Shown: positions 50,860 through 64,000 of the stretch, piece after piece
How positions within the stretch are numbered: the stretch's first letter is position 1
Layout: each line of letters starts with the position of its first letter
DNA from: Mobula hypostoma
Lineage: Eukaryota
Reading direction: 5' to 3'
Length of the DNA stretch: 64,000 nucleotides
Assembly: GCF_963921235.1 (NCBI RefSeq)
Contig: NC_086097.1
Span: 82,524,001 to 82,588,000, forward strand
The notes under the pieces: generated by a model
The model's database searches: none
What the model saw: only the letters and a program-made list of their open reading frames with translations
What the model was told of the DNA's origin: nothing
Program-made: the position numbers and the translations under genes

Positions 50860-51180
50860 AGAAGGGGGCGATGTTTCTGAAAGGTTACTCCCGCACTGTG
50901 GCCTCCATTCGCTACGGTGCTGGGCCTGGAGGCAACGGCGTGCCGACGTCGATTGGCCGCCCCGTGACTGAGGTCACTAGCGTGCGACGGTCGCTCCGAG
51001 ATCGGAAGCTGCGGGCCGGCGCCCAGGGCCCGAGGAGCAGCAGTGATGTGTGTGGGCTGCGTGCTGAGGGAGTATCCGGACCGGGTGAGAGGCGGCTGGA
51101 GGGGAGCGGGGGAAACGCGGAGGGGGTAGTAAACTGACCAGGTGGGGACAGAGTGGGATTGCGCCGCTCTGAAGAGTTAA
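50860..51180 (+). promoter_or_regulatory. CpG-island promoter of CHURC1
   Basis: Locally GC- and CpG-rich; inverted CCAAT (ATTGG 50952-50956), GC box CCGCCCC 50957-50963, ETS-like CGGAAG at 51003; no TATA seen. Confidence 0.8.
51046..51084 (+). CDS. CHURC1: Churchill zinc-binding protein, first coding exon
   Basis: ATG TGT GTG GGC TGC GTG CTG AGG GAG TAT CCG GAC CGG|gtgaga = MCVGCVLREYPDR versus recalled human MCGDCVEKEYPNR; inside a CpG island; CHURC1 neighbours GPX2/RAB15 in human. Exon 2 was not found in the window. Confidence 0.85.
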
Positions 51181-52559
51181 GCTGGAGTCTGTGGGCTCAG
51201 GACAGGAACCTGGGTTGTCAGTCAGAGATGACTGCCCCCCCCCCCGTGCTGATGATCACTGTGTTAATGATGAGTTTGGGGTTAACATACTGCCAGCGTG
51301 CTCAGACAAATGGAGGACAGTCTATGTTATGACAAAAGGAGTGGTTGCAGCTGGTAACTTAATTTTAAACATTCCATGGATCACTGACAGGTCTTAAAAC
51401 TCTCTCTGGTTGAAAATTGCGAGTAATTGTTTATGTCAGACTCATTGTCAATGCAAGGTCATTGACATTGACTTATTATTTGGATTCGGAAACATCTGCG
51501 GAGACTATTTTGGTGTTGTCCATTCAGATCCTTGACATAACTGTTTTAGCTAGACCAAGACTCAGAACTATGTCAGCAGCCAGATCACTTGTTACACCTG
51601 TTAACTATTTTATTTCCTGAACTGTCACTTTGTGACAGAGACATGATGTGGTGTCCTACTATATGGCTTCCTGAGGGCAATGTGAGTAGAGATTCAATCT
51701 CATATACTTCAGTGACCTGGTGAAGGTTCGTGGTTGTCAGATCTCCCTATATATGTGCAACTTTGCTGCAGATTGTTTAGTCGTGCGTGTCATCGCGGCT
51801 CAGCATGATGATCTACTCTGTCAGCCACAGACTATAGTGGTTGGTTGCAGGAACCGTGGCTGGTATGAACTATTTTGGCATTAGTAACAGCAGTAACCCT
51901 GCCTTAACTAGCATGAGTAATGATGCATTGAACTCAGTTTTGGATCATTTTTGGTTAAATCACAGAAATTTTTTTGACAGTGCTCTGAAGTCACACTGAC
52001 ATTTGAGCACATTCTTTTTTTGAATGTGGAGATGGTTGAAGACATTAAGAGTACTGATGAATTGTGCATTCTTTCCACCTTGGGAATCGGCATCAATGCC
52101 TTCTGAAATAAGACGAAAGTATATTGCATAGAATGATCTAAATACCTGGTTGTGAGTTTCACATCAGGTGGACACAGCATAAGACCATCCTTGATTCAGG
52201 ATAAATTGATAATCTCACTCAGCAAACCATGAAGCTGGAAAGTGGGGGAAAAACTTCCAAGTATGCAGTCTGAGAATGAAACTAATCATGGTCAGTTTCC
52301 CAACCATTATGGTACCCAGTCTCATGAGCATGAAACAAATTATAATGACAGGATTGAAGATGACTCAAGTGTTTGTTGAAGTAAGGCTTACTAGTTAATG
52401 TGTTTCATACCTATGAGTTGCAAGCATAGATCGGAATCAAATTTATTATCAGTGCCCTATGATGTGAAATTTGTTTTGTGACGGCATTACAGTGTGAGTT
52501 ATAAAAATCACTATAAATTACAATAAACAGTGCAAAAGATGAATAAAGAGATAGTGTTC

Positions 52560-55500
52560 TTAAGAACATAAGAAATAGGAGCAGGAGTCGGCCATCCGGC
52601 CAGTTGGAGTTGGCCAGCCTACTCTGCTGTTCAATAAGATCATGGTTGATCTGACCATGGACTCCTCTCCACCCACCTGCCTTTTCCCCATAACCCTTAA
52701 TTCCCTTACTGTGCAAAAATCTATCCAACGTTGTCTTGAATATATTTACTGTGGTAGTCTCCACTGCTTCATTGGGCAGAGAATTCCACAGATTCACCAC
52801 TTTTGGGAAAAGCAGTTCCTCCTCATCTCCATCCTAAATTTACTCCCCTCTCCCGAATCTTGAAGCTATGTCCCCTAGTTCTAGTCTCACCTACCAGTAG
52901 AAACAGCTTTCCTGCTTCTATCTTATCTACCCCTTTCATAATTTTATATGTTTCTATAAGATCTCCTCTCATCCTTCTGAATTCCTGCGAGTACAGTCCC
53001 AGGCAACTCAATCTCTCCTCATAATCTAACCCCCTCATCTCTGGAATCAACCTGGTGAATCTCCTCTGCACCACCTCCAAAGCCAGTATATCTTTTATCA
53101 AGTAAGGAGACCAGAATTGTATGCAGTACTCCAGATACGGCCTCAGTAGGACCCTATACAATTGCAGCATAACCTCCCTGCTCTTAAATTTAATCCCTGT
53201 AGCATGAAGGCCAACATTTCATTTGCCTCTTGATAGCCTGCTGCACCTGCAAACCAACCTTTTGTGATTCATGCACAAGCACTCCCAAGTCCTTCTGCAC
53301 AGCAGCATGATGAAATCATTTATCATTTAAATAATAATCTGTTCTTTCATTTTTCCTTCCAAAGTGGATGATCTCAAATTTATCAACATTGTACTTCATC
53401 TGCCAGACCCTTGCCCACTCACTTAACTTATCTATATCTCTCTGCAGACTGTCCGTATCCTCTGCACATTTTGCTTTTTCCACTCAATTTAGTGTCATCA
53501 GCAAACTTAGATACATTACACTCGGTCCCCTCTTCCAGATCGTTGATGTATATATCGTGAACAGTTGTGGGCCCAGCACCGACCCCTGCGGCACACCACT
53601 CTACCACTGATTGCCAACCAGGGAAACACCCATGTATCCCAAATCTCTGCTTTCGATTAGTTAACCAATTCTCTATCTATGCTAATGCATCACTCCCAAC
53701 TCTATGCATCCTTATCTTGTGGATAAGTCTTTTATATCCTTATCGAAAAACTTCTGGAGATCCAATTAAATAATGTCTATCTGTTCCCCTCTATCCACTG
53801 TGCTTGTTATATCCTCAAAGAATGCCAGTAAGTTTGTCAAACAGGACCTGCCTTTGCTGAATCCATGCTGTGTCTGCCTGATGGATCCATTTCTTTCCAG
53901 ATGCCTCGCTATTTCTTCTTTAATGATAGCTTCAAGCATTTTCCCAACTACAGATGTTAAACTAATGGGCCTATAGTTACCTGCCTTTTGCGTACATCCT
54001 TTTTTGAACAGTGACATGTCATTCGCCTTCTTCCAGCCAGCCGGGATCTGCCCAGAGTCCAGAGAATTTTGGTAAATTATCAACAAACCCTCAACTACAA
54101 CTTCTGCCATTTCTTTCAGTACCCTGGGATGCATTCCATCAGGACCAGGGGACTTGTCTATCTTTAGACCGACGTGTTTGCTCAGCACTACCTCTTTAGT
54201 GACAGCTATTGTATCAAGATCCTCACCTCTCATCATATCCATATTATCTCTCTTCGGTGTTCAAAGCCACGGTGATTTCCTCATTCCCCAATATCAATTC
54301 CCCCTTCTCGCCCTCCAAGGGGTCTATGTTCACTTTGGCTACCCTTTTCTGCTTTATTCAATTAAAAAAAATTTTCTGTCTGTTTTTATATTTTGTGCTA
54401 GTTTATTTTCATAATCTTATCTTCCCTTTCTTTATTGCTCGCTTAGTAGTTCTTTGTTACTTTTAAAGTTTTCCCAATCTTCCAGTTTCCCTCTACTCTT
54501 GGCGACTTTGTACTCACGAGCTTTTAGTTTGACGCCTTCCTTTATTTCCTTAGTTATCAATGGCTGGCTCTCCCCACCCTTACTGTCCTTGCTTTTAACT
54601 GGAATATACTTTTGTTGAGCACTGTGAAGAATCTCTTTGAAAGTCTTCCACTGTTCCTCAACTGTCCCACCTTGTAGCCTGTATTTTCAGTCTACACTAT
54701 CCAACTCCTTCCACTATTCATTGTAATCTCCCTTGTTTAGGCATAATACACTGGTTTAAAATTGAACTATTGCACCTTTCATTTGTATGAGAAACTCAAT
54801 CATACTGTGATCACTCTTTCCAAGAAGATCCCTAACTACAAGATTGCTAATTTTACCTGTCTCATTGCACAGGACCAGATCCAAGATAGTATCTGCCCTT
54901 GTAGGTTCAGTAACATGCTGCTCAAGAAAGCTATCATGCATGTACTCTATGAAGTCCTCAAGACTGCCTCAACCAACCTGATTCACCCAATCTATGTGCA
55001 AGTTAAAGTCCCCCATGGTAACTGCTGTTCCATTCTTACATGCCTCAGGTATTTCTCGGTTTATTGCCTGTGCCACTGTAATGTTATTATTTGGTGGCCT
55101 ATAGACAACCACCACCAGTGATTTTTTTCCCTTTGCTATTCCTAATCTCTTGCCAGATGGATTCAACATTCTGCTCCTTAGATTTTATATTGTCTCCCAC
55201 TATCGCCCTGATCTCATCTTAATTAAGGGCATACCCCACCTCCCTTACCTTCCTGCCTATCCTTCCGTATTACCTGATGTCCTTGCCACATTGCAACCAT
55301 GTGTCTGTGATGGCCACTAAATCATACCCTTGTATACTGAGTTGTGCCACACGTTCACTAACCTTGTTATGAACTCTACGGGCATTCAGATAAATTGCCC
55401 TTACACTCATTGTGCCTTTAAAATCTAGTAATCGTCTCTTATGCACTTGACTTTTCTGCACTCCACCCTTACTTTCCTCTTTTTAAACTTTTGTCTTTAT

Positions 55501-56640
55501 CTTTATCCACACTTCTCCAATCTGCTGAATCCCCCCCCCCCTGCTCGTTTAAAGCCCTATCCACAACCCCATTATGTGATTCGCCAGGATCCAGGTCCCA
55601 TCATGGTTCAGGTGAATCCCATCCCTATGGAACAGCTCCCACTTTCCCCAATACTGGTGCCAGTTTCCCATGAATTCAAACCCTCTTCTCCCTAACAAAT
55701 CCTTGAGCCATACATTTAACTCTCTAATCTGCTTAACCATGTGCCGATTTGCATGTGGTTCAGGTAGTAATCCAGAGATTTCCACCTTTTTGGTTCTGCT
55801 TTTTAATTTAGTCCTTAGCTGCTCAAATTCCCTCAGCAAATCCTCTTTTCTCATTCTACCTATGTCATTGGTAGCCACATGGACCACAACAACTGGATCT
55901 TTTCCTTGCCACCGCAGATTCCTCAGCAGGTCAGGTAAGATGTCCTGAACCCAGGCACCAGGCAGGCAACACAGCCTTTGGGACTCTTTATCCCTGCAAC
56001 AGAAAACTTTGTCTATCCCCCTGACTATACTATCCCCAATTACCACTACATTTCTCTTCCCTCCCCCTGAGTGGCTTCCTGAACCATGGTGCCACAGTTA
56101 TTTGCTCATCCTTCCAACAGCCCCCACTCTCATCCACACAGGGAGCAAGAATCTCAGACCTGCTGGATAAGCTCAGGAGCTGAGGCTCCTCCAACGCTAT
56201 CTCCCGGATCCCACTGTCTGCCTCACTTGCAGTCACACCATCTTGTCTCTGACCACAGACTGAATTTGAGGCAGCTAATCTAATGGGTGTGTCTACCTTC
56301 TGAAACAGAGAATCCAGGCAACTCTCCCCCTCCCTATTGTGCCGCAGGATTTGAAGCTCAGATTCCAGGTCATCAGCTTTGAGCGTGAGTTCCTCGAGCA
56401 GCCAACAAAATGGGGAACCACGATGGGGTCTACCAGCTTCCAAATCATGCAGCTACAGCTCATCACCTGATCCTGCATCTTCCTTACTTTATTTAATTAG
56501 CTGTAGTTTGGTGACTTTTTATTCAACCACTACAAAAACTTTACCTGCTACTCAATTGTGCCTCCTCGCCGAAGCCCCTTGAGCCAAAGTTGGTAAACTC
56601 AGCTCTCTGTACTGGTAAACTGTACTGTGAAGCGACTTTT
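52560..56640 (-). mobile_element. Near-full-length degraded CR1 LINE with SGNH-esterase ORF1
   Basis: ORF1: VIGDSIVRG...CCLPGA...VVHVATNDIG...DGIHLN; ORF2: YLNARRVHNK, YRPPNN, GDFN, KSPGPDGMHPRVLKE, QHGFSKGRSCLTNL, LEYCIQFWSP; tail at about 52560. Confidence 0.92.
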
Positions 56641-57199
56641 AGTCCCGCCTTGTCGGGCCTACAGCAACTCTGCCTCTATTCTAGTTATCAGTTCGCTTTT
56701 CTCTTTGAAAAACATGCTAAGCGCCTCTATTACTGCTAGTGTTGGTGAACTGCTTACGCAAAGGCAAGAAAACCGGTCGCCCAAAATAAGCGATAAGCCA
56801 GAAAAAAATTCCTTTGTGGCCCCTGTAAGGCAACCAAACACAAGTTTAAGCAGCCATGACCAAAACTTAAAATACATGCTGCAGGCCAAACCAGCCAAGC
56901 AAGGATCTTTCTCACACTCGCACTCAGTTAATCTCACACACTCCCAAACAACGTACACAGTCAGACCTGAGTCTACTACACCTGTACCAGCTCAACCCAG
57001 AAGTTCACCAGCTCGTGGATGTTTGGCGCAGATGAACTTTCCCAGTACCAGAATGTCTGACATTTGCTTCTTTTTGAAGCTATGTGCTCAAGAATGTTTT
57101 GAGAACAGTACTGGTGTCACAAGCTTGCAGCTGGCAGAAGTGAATATGAAGTGTCACCCAGGTTGACTATTGACATACTGATGGAGGAATATGTGTGCT

Positions 57200-57900
57200 T
57201 GGCCTGCACCTCAGTGACAATCTTGCACTCTACAGCTGCAAGACCAAAGAATTGATTGTGGATTTCAGAAAGGGGAAGTTCAGAGAACACATAGCAATCC
57301 TCAGCAGTCGAAATGATCAGAAGCTTCAAGTTCTGAAGTGCCAACATCTCAGAGGATCTATCCTGCACCAACACATTGATGAAATCACTAAGGAGGAACA
57401 CCAGCAGCTATATTTCATTAGCAGTTTGAACAGATTTGATATGCCACCGAAGACTCTTGCAAGTTTCCACATTCTGACTGGTTGATCACAACCTAATATG
57501 GAGACTCCATTTTGTAGATTTGAAAGAGGCTGCAGAGGATTGTAGACTCAGATAGTTTCATCAGGAGCACAACCCTCTCCCCTATTAGGAACATCTTCAA
57601 AGGTGGTGCTAAAGAAGGCAGCATCCCCATCATTAAGGACCCTCACCATGCAGGACATGCCTTTTTTGTGTTGCTACCGTCAGGGAGGAGGTACAGGAGC
57701 CTGAAGACCCATACTCAATGTTTCAGAAGCAGTGTCCTCCCCTCCTCCACCATAACATTTCTGAACAGTTCATGAGCACTACCTTGTTATTTGTCTTTTG
57801 TACTATTTATGTTTTTAAAGTAATTTTGTCTTGCACTGTACTGTGGAGGCAAAAAAAAACAGATTTCACAGCATAAGAAAGTGACAATTCTGATTCTGAT
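57200..57900 (+). mobile_element. L2/Rex-like LINE 3' fragment
   Basis: KTKELIVDFRK, IIKDPHHAGH...LPSGRRYRSLK remnants; attctgattctgat tail. Confidence 0.7.
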
Positions 57901-58259
57901 TTGGTTTTCAATTGGAACCAAGTTGCCCTCTTAAAACACCACACAAAACTCTCTCAACAGTGGTGAGTTTCTCAACAATTGAGACTTCACCTTTATTTGA
58001 CACACAGCCACTTTCCCCCTTTCCCTTTACAATTTGGTACTCGGTGGTGGTGTCTTTCTGTTGTGACTCTGCTTATCTTATCAGTTCTCCTGTGCAGCCT
58101 GCTTTCTAAATGCATTTTGTTATCTGTGCTCCTGCTAGCTAGGTCGTGCAGTTTAAACTCTTCTCAAGCTCTTCTTTTAAACTACCTTCAATATTGGGCC
58201 TGTTTCCCATCGTTCTTTCCCAGCTTGCATGGTAATTCGGCTTCATACCTATTCTTCAT

Positions 58260-60320
58260 ATCTCAAAGTTCGAAGTAAATTTATTATCTAAGTACATATA
58301 GGTCACCATATATAACCCTGAGATTCATTTTCTTGTGGGCATTCACAAGAAATACAAATAAACACAAAAGATTCAGTGAAAGACCACACACAAGATGAAA
58401 AAACAACTAATGTGCAAAAGACAACAAACTATGTTATTACTAAATCAATCAATCAATCAGTCAATAAGCAATAACTATTGAGAACATGAGATAAAGAGTC
58501 CTTGAAAGCGGGTCCATAGGTTATGGGAACATTTCAGTGTTGGGGTGAGTGAAATTAACCCCTTTGGATCACAAATCTTATATTTGAGGGGTAATAACTG
58601 TTCTTGAACTGGTGGTGTGGGTTCTGAAGCTCCTGTACCTCCTTCCTATTGGCAGTAGCAAGAAGAGAGCATGGCCTAGATGGTAGGGGTCCCCAATGAT
58701 GGATGCTGCTTTCCTGTGACAGCGCTCCAAGTAGATGTGCTCAATGGTGGGGAGGCCTTTACCTGTGATGGATGGATTGGACTGTATCCACTGCATGTAG
58801 GCATTTTTGTTCAAGAGCGTTGGTGTTTCCGTATCAAGCCGTAATGCAACCAATAAATGTACTGTGTACCACACATCTATAGAAGCTTTTCAAAGTTTTA
58901 GATAATGTGCCAAATCCTTGAAAGCTGTTAATGAAGCAGAGGTGCTGCTGCTTTCCTTGTAACGTACTTACAAGCTGGACCCAGGACAGATCCTCTGAAA
59001 TGATAGCACCACGGAATTTAAAGTTGCTGACCCTCTCCACTTCTGATCGCCCAATGAGGACTGGCTCATTGTCCTTCAATTTCCTCCTCCTGTAGTCTAC
59101 AATCAGTTCCTTGGTCTTGCTGACATTGAGTGAGAGGTTGTTGTGGCACCACTCAGCCAGGTTTTCAATCTCTCTCCTGTATGCTAATTTCAGAATCAGA
59201 ATCAGGTTTATTTCACCAGCATGTATCGTGAAATTTGTTAACTTTGTGGCAGTTGTACAATACATGATAAATATAGAAAAAAAACTTGAATTACAGTAAG
59301 TATATATGTATATTAAGTAGTTAAGTATTTAAAAAAGTAGTGTAAAAATAAATTAAGAAAAGTAGTGATGTAGTGTTGAAGGGTTCAATGTCCATTTAGA
59401 AATCGGATGGCAGAGGGGAAGAAGTTCTTCTTGAATCACTGAGTGTGTGCCTGTACCTCCTGATGGTAACAATGAGAAGAGGGCATGTCCTAGGTGGTGG
59501 GAGTTCTTAGTGATGGACGCCACCTTACTAAAGCATCGCTCCTTGAAGATGCCTTGGATACTACAGAGGCTAGTACCCATAATGGAGCTGACTACATTTA
59601 CCACTCTCTGCAGTTTACTTTGACCCTGTGCAGTAGCCCCCCCCACCCCATACCAGACGGTGATGCAGTCAGTCAGCATGCTCTCCACAGTACATCTGTA
59701 GAATTTGTCACCACCTCTGATTCTGCCAACTTAAATATGGCATTGGAGTTGTGCTTAGCCTCACAATCATAAGTGTAAAGCGAGTAGAGTAGGAGGCTAA
59801 GCACACAACTTGTGAAGCACCTGTGCTGATGGAGATTGTGCAGGAGATGTTGTTGTCAATCCAGACTAACGGGTCTGCAAGTGGGGAAATCGAGGATCCA
59901 GTTGCACAAGGAGGTAATGAGACCTAGATCTTGGAGCTTATCGATTTGTTTTGAGGGGATGATGATACTGAGTGCTGAGCTGTAGTCAATGAAGAACATC
60001 CTGATGTATGCATCTTCACTGTCCAGATGTTCCAGGGTTGAGTGACGAGCCAATGAGCTGGCATCTGCTGTTGACCTGTTGTGACAGTGGGCAAATTGGA
60101 CCGGATCCAAGTTGCTTCTTAGGCAGGAGGTGATATGTTTCATTACCAACCTCTCAAAGTACTTCATGGTGGATATAAGTGCTACTAGACGATAATCGTT
60201 AACGCAGGTTATCACATTCTTAGGCAGCGGTATAATTGAAGCCTGCTGGAAACAGGTGTGTACCTCAGAATGCCAAAGCAAAAGATTCAAGATATCAGTG
60301 AATATGCCAGCTAGTTGATT
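58260..60320 (-). mobile_element. Cluster of nested L2/Rex-like LINE fragments
   Basis: NDYRLVAL...KYFERLV...LDPVQFA...FIDYSSA; LSLNVSKTKELIVDYRR; DPYHLGHALF...GRRYRS. Confidence 0.75.
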
Positions 60321-63300
60321 AGCACTACACTTGGAGTATTGTGTTCAGTTCTGGTTGTCTCATATCAAAGCTTTAGAGAGTGTGCAGAAGAGATTTACCT
60401 AGATGCTGTCTGTATTAGAGAGCATGTCCTATAAGCAAGCTAGGGCTTTTTCTTTTTGCAGTGAAGGAGAATGAGAGGTGACCTGATAGAGGTGTAAAAG
60501 GCATAGTTAAGAGTGGACAGTCAGCACCTTTTCCTGGGATGGAAATGGCTAATACAAAAGGGCATAATTTTAACAAAGTTGGAAGAAAGTATAGGGAGAA
60601 TGTCAGAGCTGGTGGTGGGGGCAGATAAATTAGGGACATTTAAGAGTCTCTTAATAGGCACGTGAATGAAAGAAAAAATAGAAGGCTATGTGGGGGGGGG
60701 GCAGGGTTAAATTGATCTTAGAGTAATTTTAAATTCAGCACAACTTTGTGGGTGAAGGGCCTGGACTGTTCTATGTGAGTCCTGCTGTATTCGCCAAGGA
60801 ACATCAAAAAAATCCCAAAAATATGTTTTAATAAATAATCAGGAGATCAAAGTCATATCAAACTAACTGGTGTATTGCTGCAATGTTCAGTTACTTTGAA
60901 GTTACAAGTATTACCAGATTTTGAATGGTCAGTTCCTGGAGGTTTCCTGTGGAGTGCACACATCAGTGTTGATTGAAGCTCCAGCCCTGTGACTTGGAAA
61001 GCTTTTGGTCAGTTGTGCAATCAAACAGGCTGGTGCAAAAAGGTAGGTAAGTATTCCCCTCTCCCCCTTTGATCTCTCCAGTGAATCCAAGTTTCACAGA
61101 TTTCACTACACATTGCTTTCTATAGGTGTACTTAGTACATAGTTGTTCCTTCAAGGAATCCATTGCTTAGGTCATTGTATGTGGAATATTCTTTTAACCT
61201 CTCAATTCCTTTATTCAATTCAGCACCTTTGACTAATGCTTTTCTCTCACATAGTCATTACAATGTCCATTCATTGATTAGGCAATCTACTTCAGCTTTC
61301 TCAGTACCTGATTTTAAAAATCAATGAATATTATTAACAAACTAAGTCATATTTGGGTGTGTAGATGTGCTAAATACTGCCATATTATCACAATATCCCC
61401 CCCCCACCTTTGATCATGGAATATTTAATCTTGTAGAGATCACTTTAAAAAGATCTTTAGACAGCACAGCAGTCTTCAATGCAAATATCCCCATTACAAA
61501 TAATACAATTACTCAATGACTTAGAAGCAGAATCAGGTTTAATATCACTGGCATATTAAATTTAACAAGTAAGAGTTTCCACTTTGTTCCTGATACTAGA
61601 TAAGTCAATAGAATGAGTTCATTGTGTGAATCATGGCATTATTACACTGTTGGTAGTTTGGTAAAATTTTCATCCTTCCCATAAACCAATTCCAATTACA
61701 TGGGCACACTGTTTTCCACGATCAAATAGTCTAGTTTCATTCCCATTGTTTCAATATCAGTGACATGAATTGCATCCAATCTTGTTCTAACACCATCCAA
61801 TACAGTGTCCACTAAATCTTTCTTAATCCTTCCCTATTCACTTCTTCAATAGAAGTACCTCCACAATTTTTCCATCACCTCATCTTTGCAAGGTGGAGCA
61901 CAACATGGTGAACTTGAAAACAGTCGGTGGACTCTCATTTGCATTTTACCAAACACTGAACTCCAAACGCATTGCATTTTATTTATCAGGAATACTGTGT
62001 ATGCAGGACTCTTAGCATTGGCAATGATCCCTCCCGTCTGTCCAACAATTCCTTTGACCCCTTACCATTAAGCAAGGGGTACTGTAGTATTAGGCCGAGA
62101 ACTGTTACAATGGAAAACAGCTTCTAACCCAGGCCATAAGACTACTGAACTCCCTGCCTCCACCCAGGTCTCATCACGTATGAAGCGTCAGTAGCGTTAC
62201 ATTCGTACTTTTTAACATGTATTTTAAGTGCACCTTATTATCTGATAATTTATTTGTGGTAATATTACTTTGTGTTACGTGTTTGAGTTATGTGCACTGT
62301 GTTGTGCACCTTCGTCCAGATTGTCTTGGTTGAACGACAATCAATTTGAATCTGAGTTTGAATATTTACATTCCAAGAGACAAGAATCCTGGCTACTTAT
62401 TTGCATTTTAAAAGACAAACTCTGGGATTACATTTAAAGAGTTGCCACAAAAGAATTTAAAATAACTGAATCAGAAGTGTTGCGCAAAATCAACACCCAG
62501 AGAGCTCAAATATGCTCTGTTGACTCAAAAACTTGCAGCAATTCATAGTATCTATGTTGCAATAGTTACATGCAGATTTTACAAGTTCACAGTAATTCAA
62601 TGGCAATGTTTGATCTTTGTTTTTCTCTGTGGAAGTTGCCTTTCATTGCCTGACTTATCCATCATTTGCTTGATAGCCACTTTTCTCTGTTCTCTCTGCT
62701 CTACTGTAGGACCTTGTGTTTATGTTATGACTCCATATGATCAGCTTATGATCAGCTCTCCTGCACTTAGCCTGCATTTCTATTTGTCTCTGCTCCTCGA
62801 GCTTGCTATGCCTTACGATCTAAACACTTCCTAAACCTAATCAATGCTTTATTTCTCCTAACATGACTTCAAGCTGTCTTCACCATTAGCCCAATTTCCA
62901 GTTTGAATGGCATCTAGGTTGACATATAAGAAACTTTTCCAATTTTATGATGCTAGATGATTCCTTCATGTACCTTAACTGTTTGGACGTAGTGGGAGGG
63001 TAGAATGGAGTTTATGGCCCATGTGGGGAAATAGTCAAGGACAAAAAAGATTGATTTCTGATAGGCTGTTGGTATTGCCCAAGGGTGAGTTACAGTCATC
63101 AGAACACCCCTGCATAAAAGGAGAAGCCTGACATCCATTGTAAATGATAGCATGAAGCATCATTGCTTTTTGAATCTCTCTTTGTCATTTTCAATGACAC
63201 TTGAACCATCTAGTTGTGTCACATAATCAGTCTACGTTATTAACTTGCTTTGTGTTTAAACCTGCTGCTACTGGAAAGCAATTTTAACTATAGGGTAAAT

Positions 63301-64000
63301 TTACTTTTACCTGTGCATCCATCAATAATAAAGTAAAAGTGCTATGTGTGCGTAGAATTTGATACCAGATTTGTGGATGGCATAGTCAAGGTAACAGCAA
63401 GTGACAAACTGGAAACAGTGAGGTGTCATTGCCGCAAGGCCATCTTGAGAACATTTACAAACCAAGTGGAGAAAATAGCAAATCAAAGATGACAGTAAAA
63501 GCCATTTTGTTTTAGGTAATCGAGGAAGCTCTTGGCAGTTGTAGATGGGGAAAATTGTAAAATGACAGATTTCAATTGACACAAATAGATCCTGGATTCA
63601 CCTCTGCCTGGAGCAGTAAATTGTAGATTATATACACTGCCAATCCATCCTCTCTCCCTCCAAAAATTCTGATCATATACTTGACAGTGAGGAACCAAGC
63701 TTTATGGAGGGCATGGTTAATTGAGCAAAAAAAGAGGTAAATGGAATTCTTTCCAGTGAAATGTCAGGTACATCATTTGAGGGGGTGCAGTAAAGCAAGG
63801 AAATGGACAATAAATAGGAATTTGAGTGGTGTGGTAGAAGAAAGGGATTCTATGTCCGCAATTGTTTAAATAAAACGGGGTAGTTGATAAGATAAACACC
63901 AGAGGGATTCTTTACTAGCTGAGCTATAGAATATATGAGCAGACAGATTGTGGTAGAATTATATGCAATACTAATTTAACTGGAATATCATATTACACTG

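Noticed and set aside
50871..51137. 88-aa ORF across the CpG island
   Set aside because: Out of frame with the CHURC1 ATG, low complexity, and probably starts upstream of the TSS.
55549..56046. SGNH/GDSL esterase ORF as a host gene
   Set aside because: It is CR1 ORF1, in the expected position and orientation upstream of the endonuclease/RT.
60780..64000. Possible CHURC1 exon 2 or other exons
   Set aside because: No GNTCLENGS-like coding found by eye; parts look like very old CR1 debris.

Overview
Repeat-rich vertebrate genomic DNA; the CR1/Penelope/L2 repeat landscape suggests a cartilaginous fish (inference, not tested). Three host genes lie on the + strand: the last five coding exons of RAB15 (14619-20011), a complete two-exon selenoprotein gene GPX2 (35003-37931, in-frame TGA at codon 40, SECIS at about 38640-38715), and the CpG-island promoter plus first coding exon of CHURC1 (51046-51084). 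The rest is mostly retroelement debris: Penelope-like elements (PLE; RT + GIY-YIG) and short derivatives, CR1, L1, L2/Rex-like, R4/Dong-like and HERO-like LINEs, a degraded BEL/Pao LTR element with two nested CR1 copies, a solo LTR, and a deleted Gypsy element. Most notable: (1) a dispersed family of minimal hammerhead-ribozyme motifs in PLE termini, several arranged as TSD-flanked fold-back insertions; (2) a Gypsy element whose pol core is replaced by intronless RBM25 fragments; (3) a 24-bp tandem repeat forming an array of TCF/LEF consensus sites; (4) CHURC1 apparently inverted relative to the human arrangement. All calls are by eye and from recalled protein/RNA family knowledge; no searches were run, and repeat boundaries are approximate.
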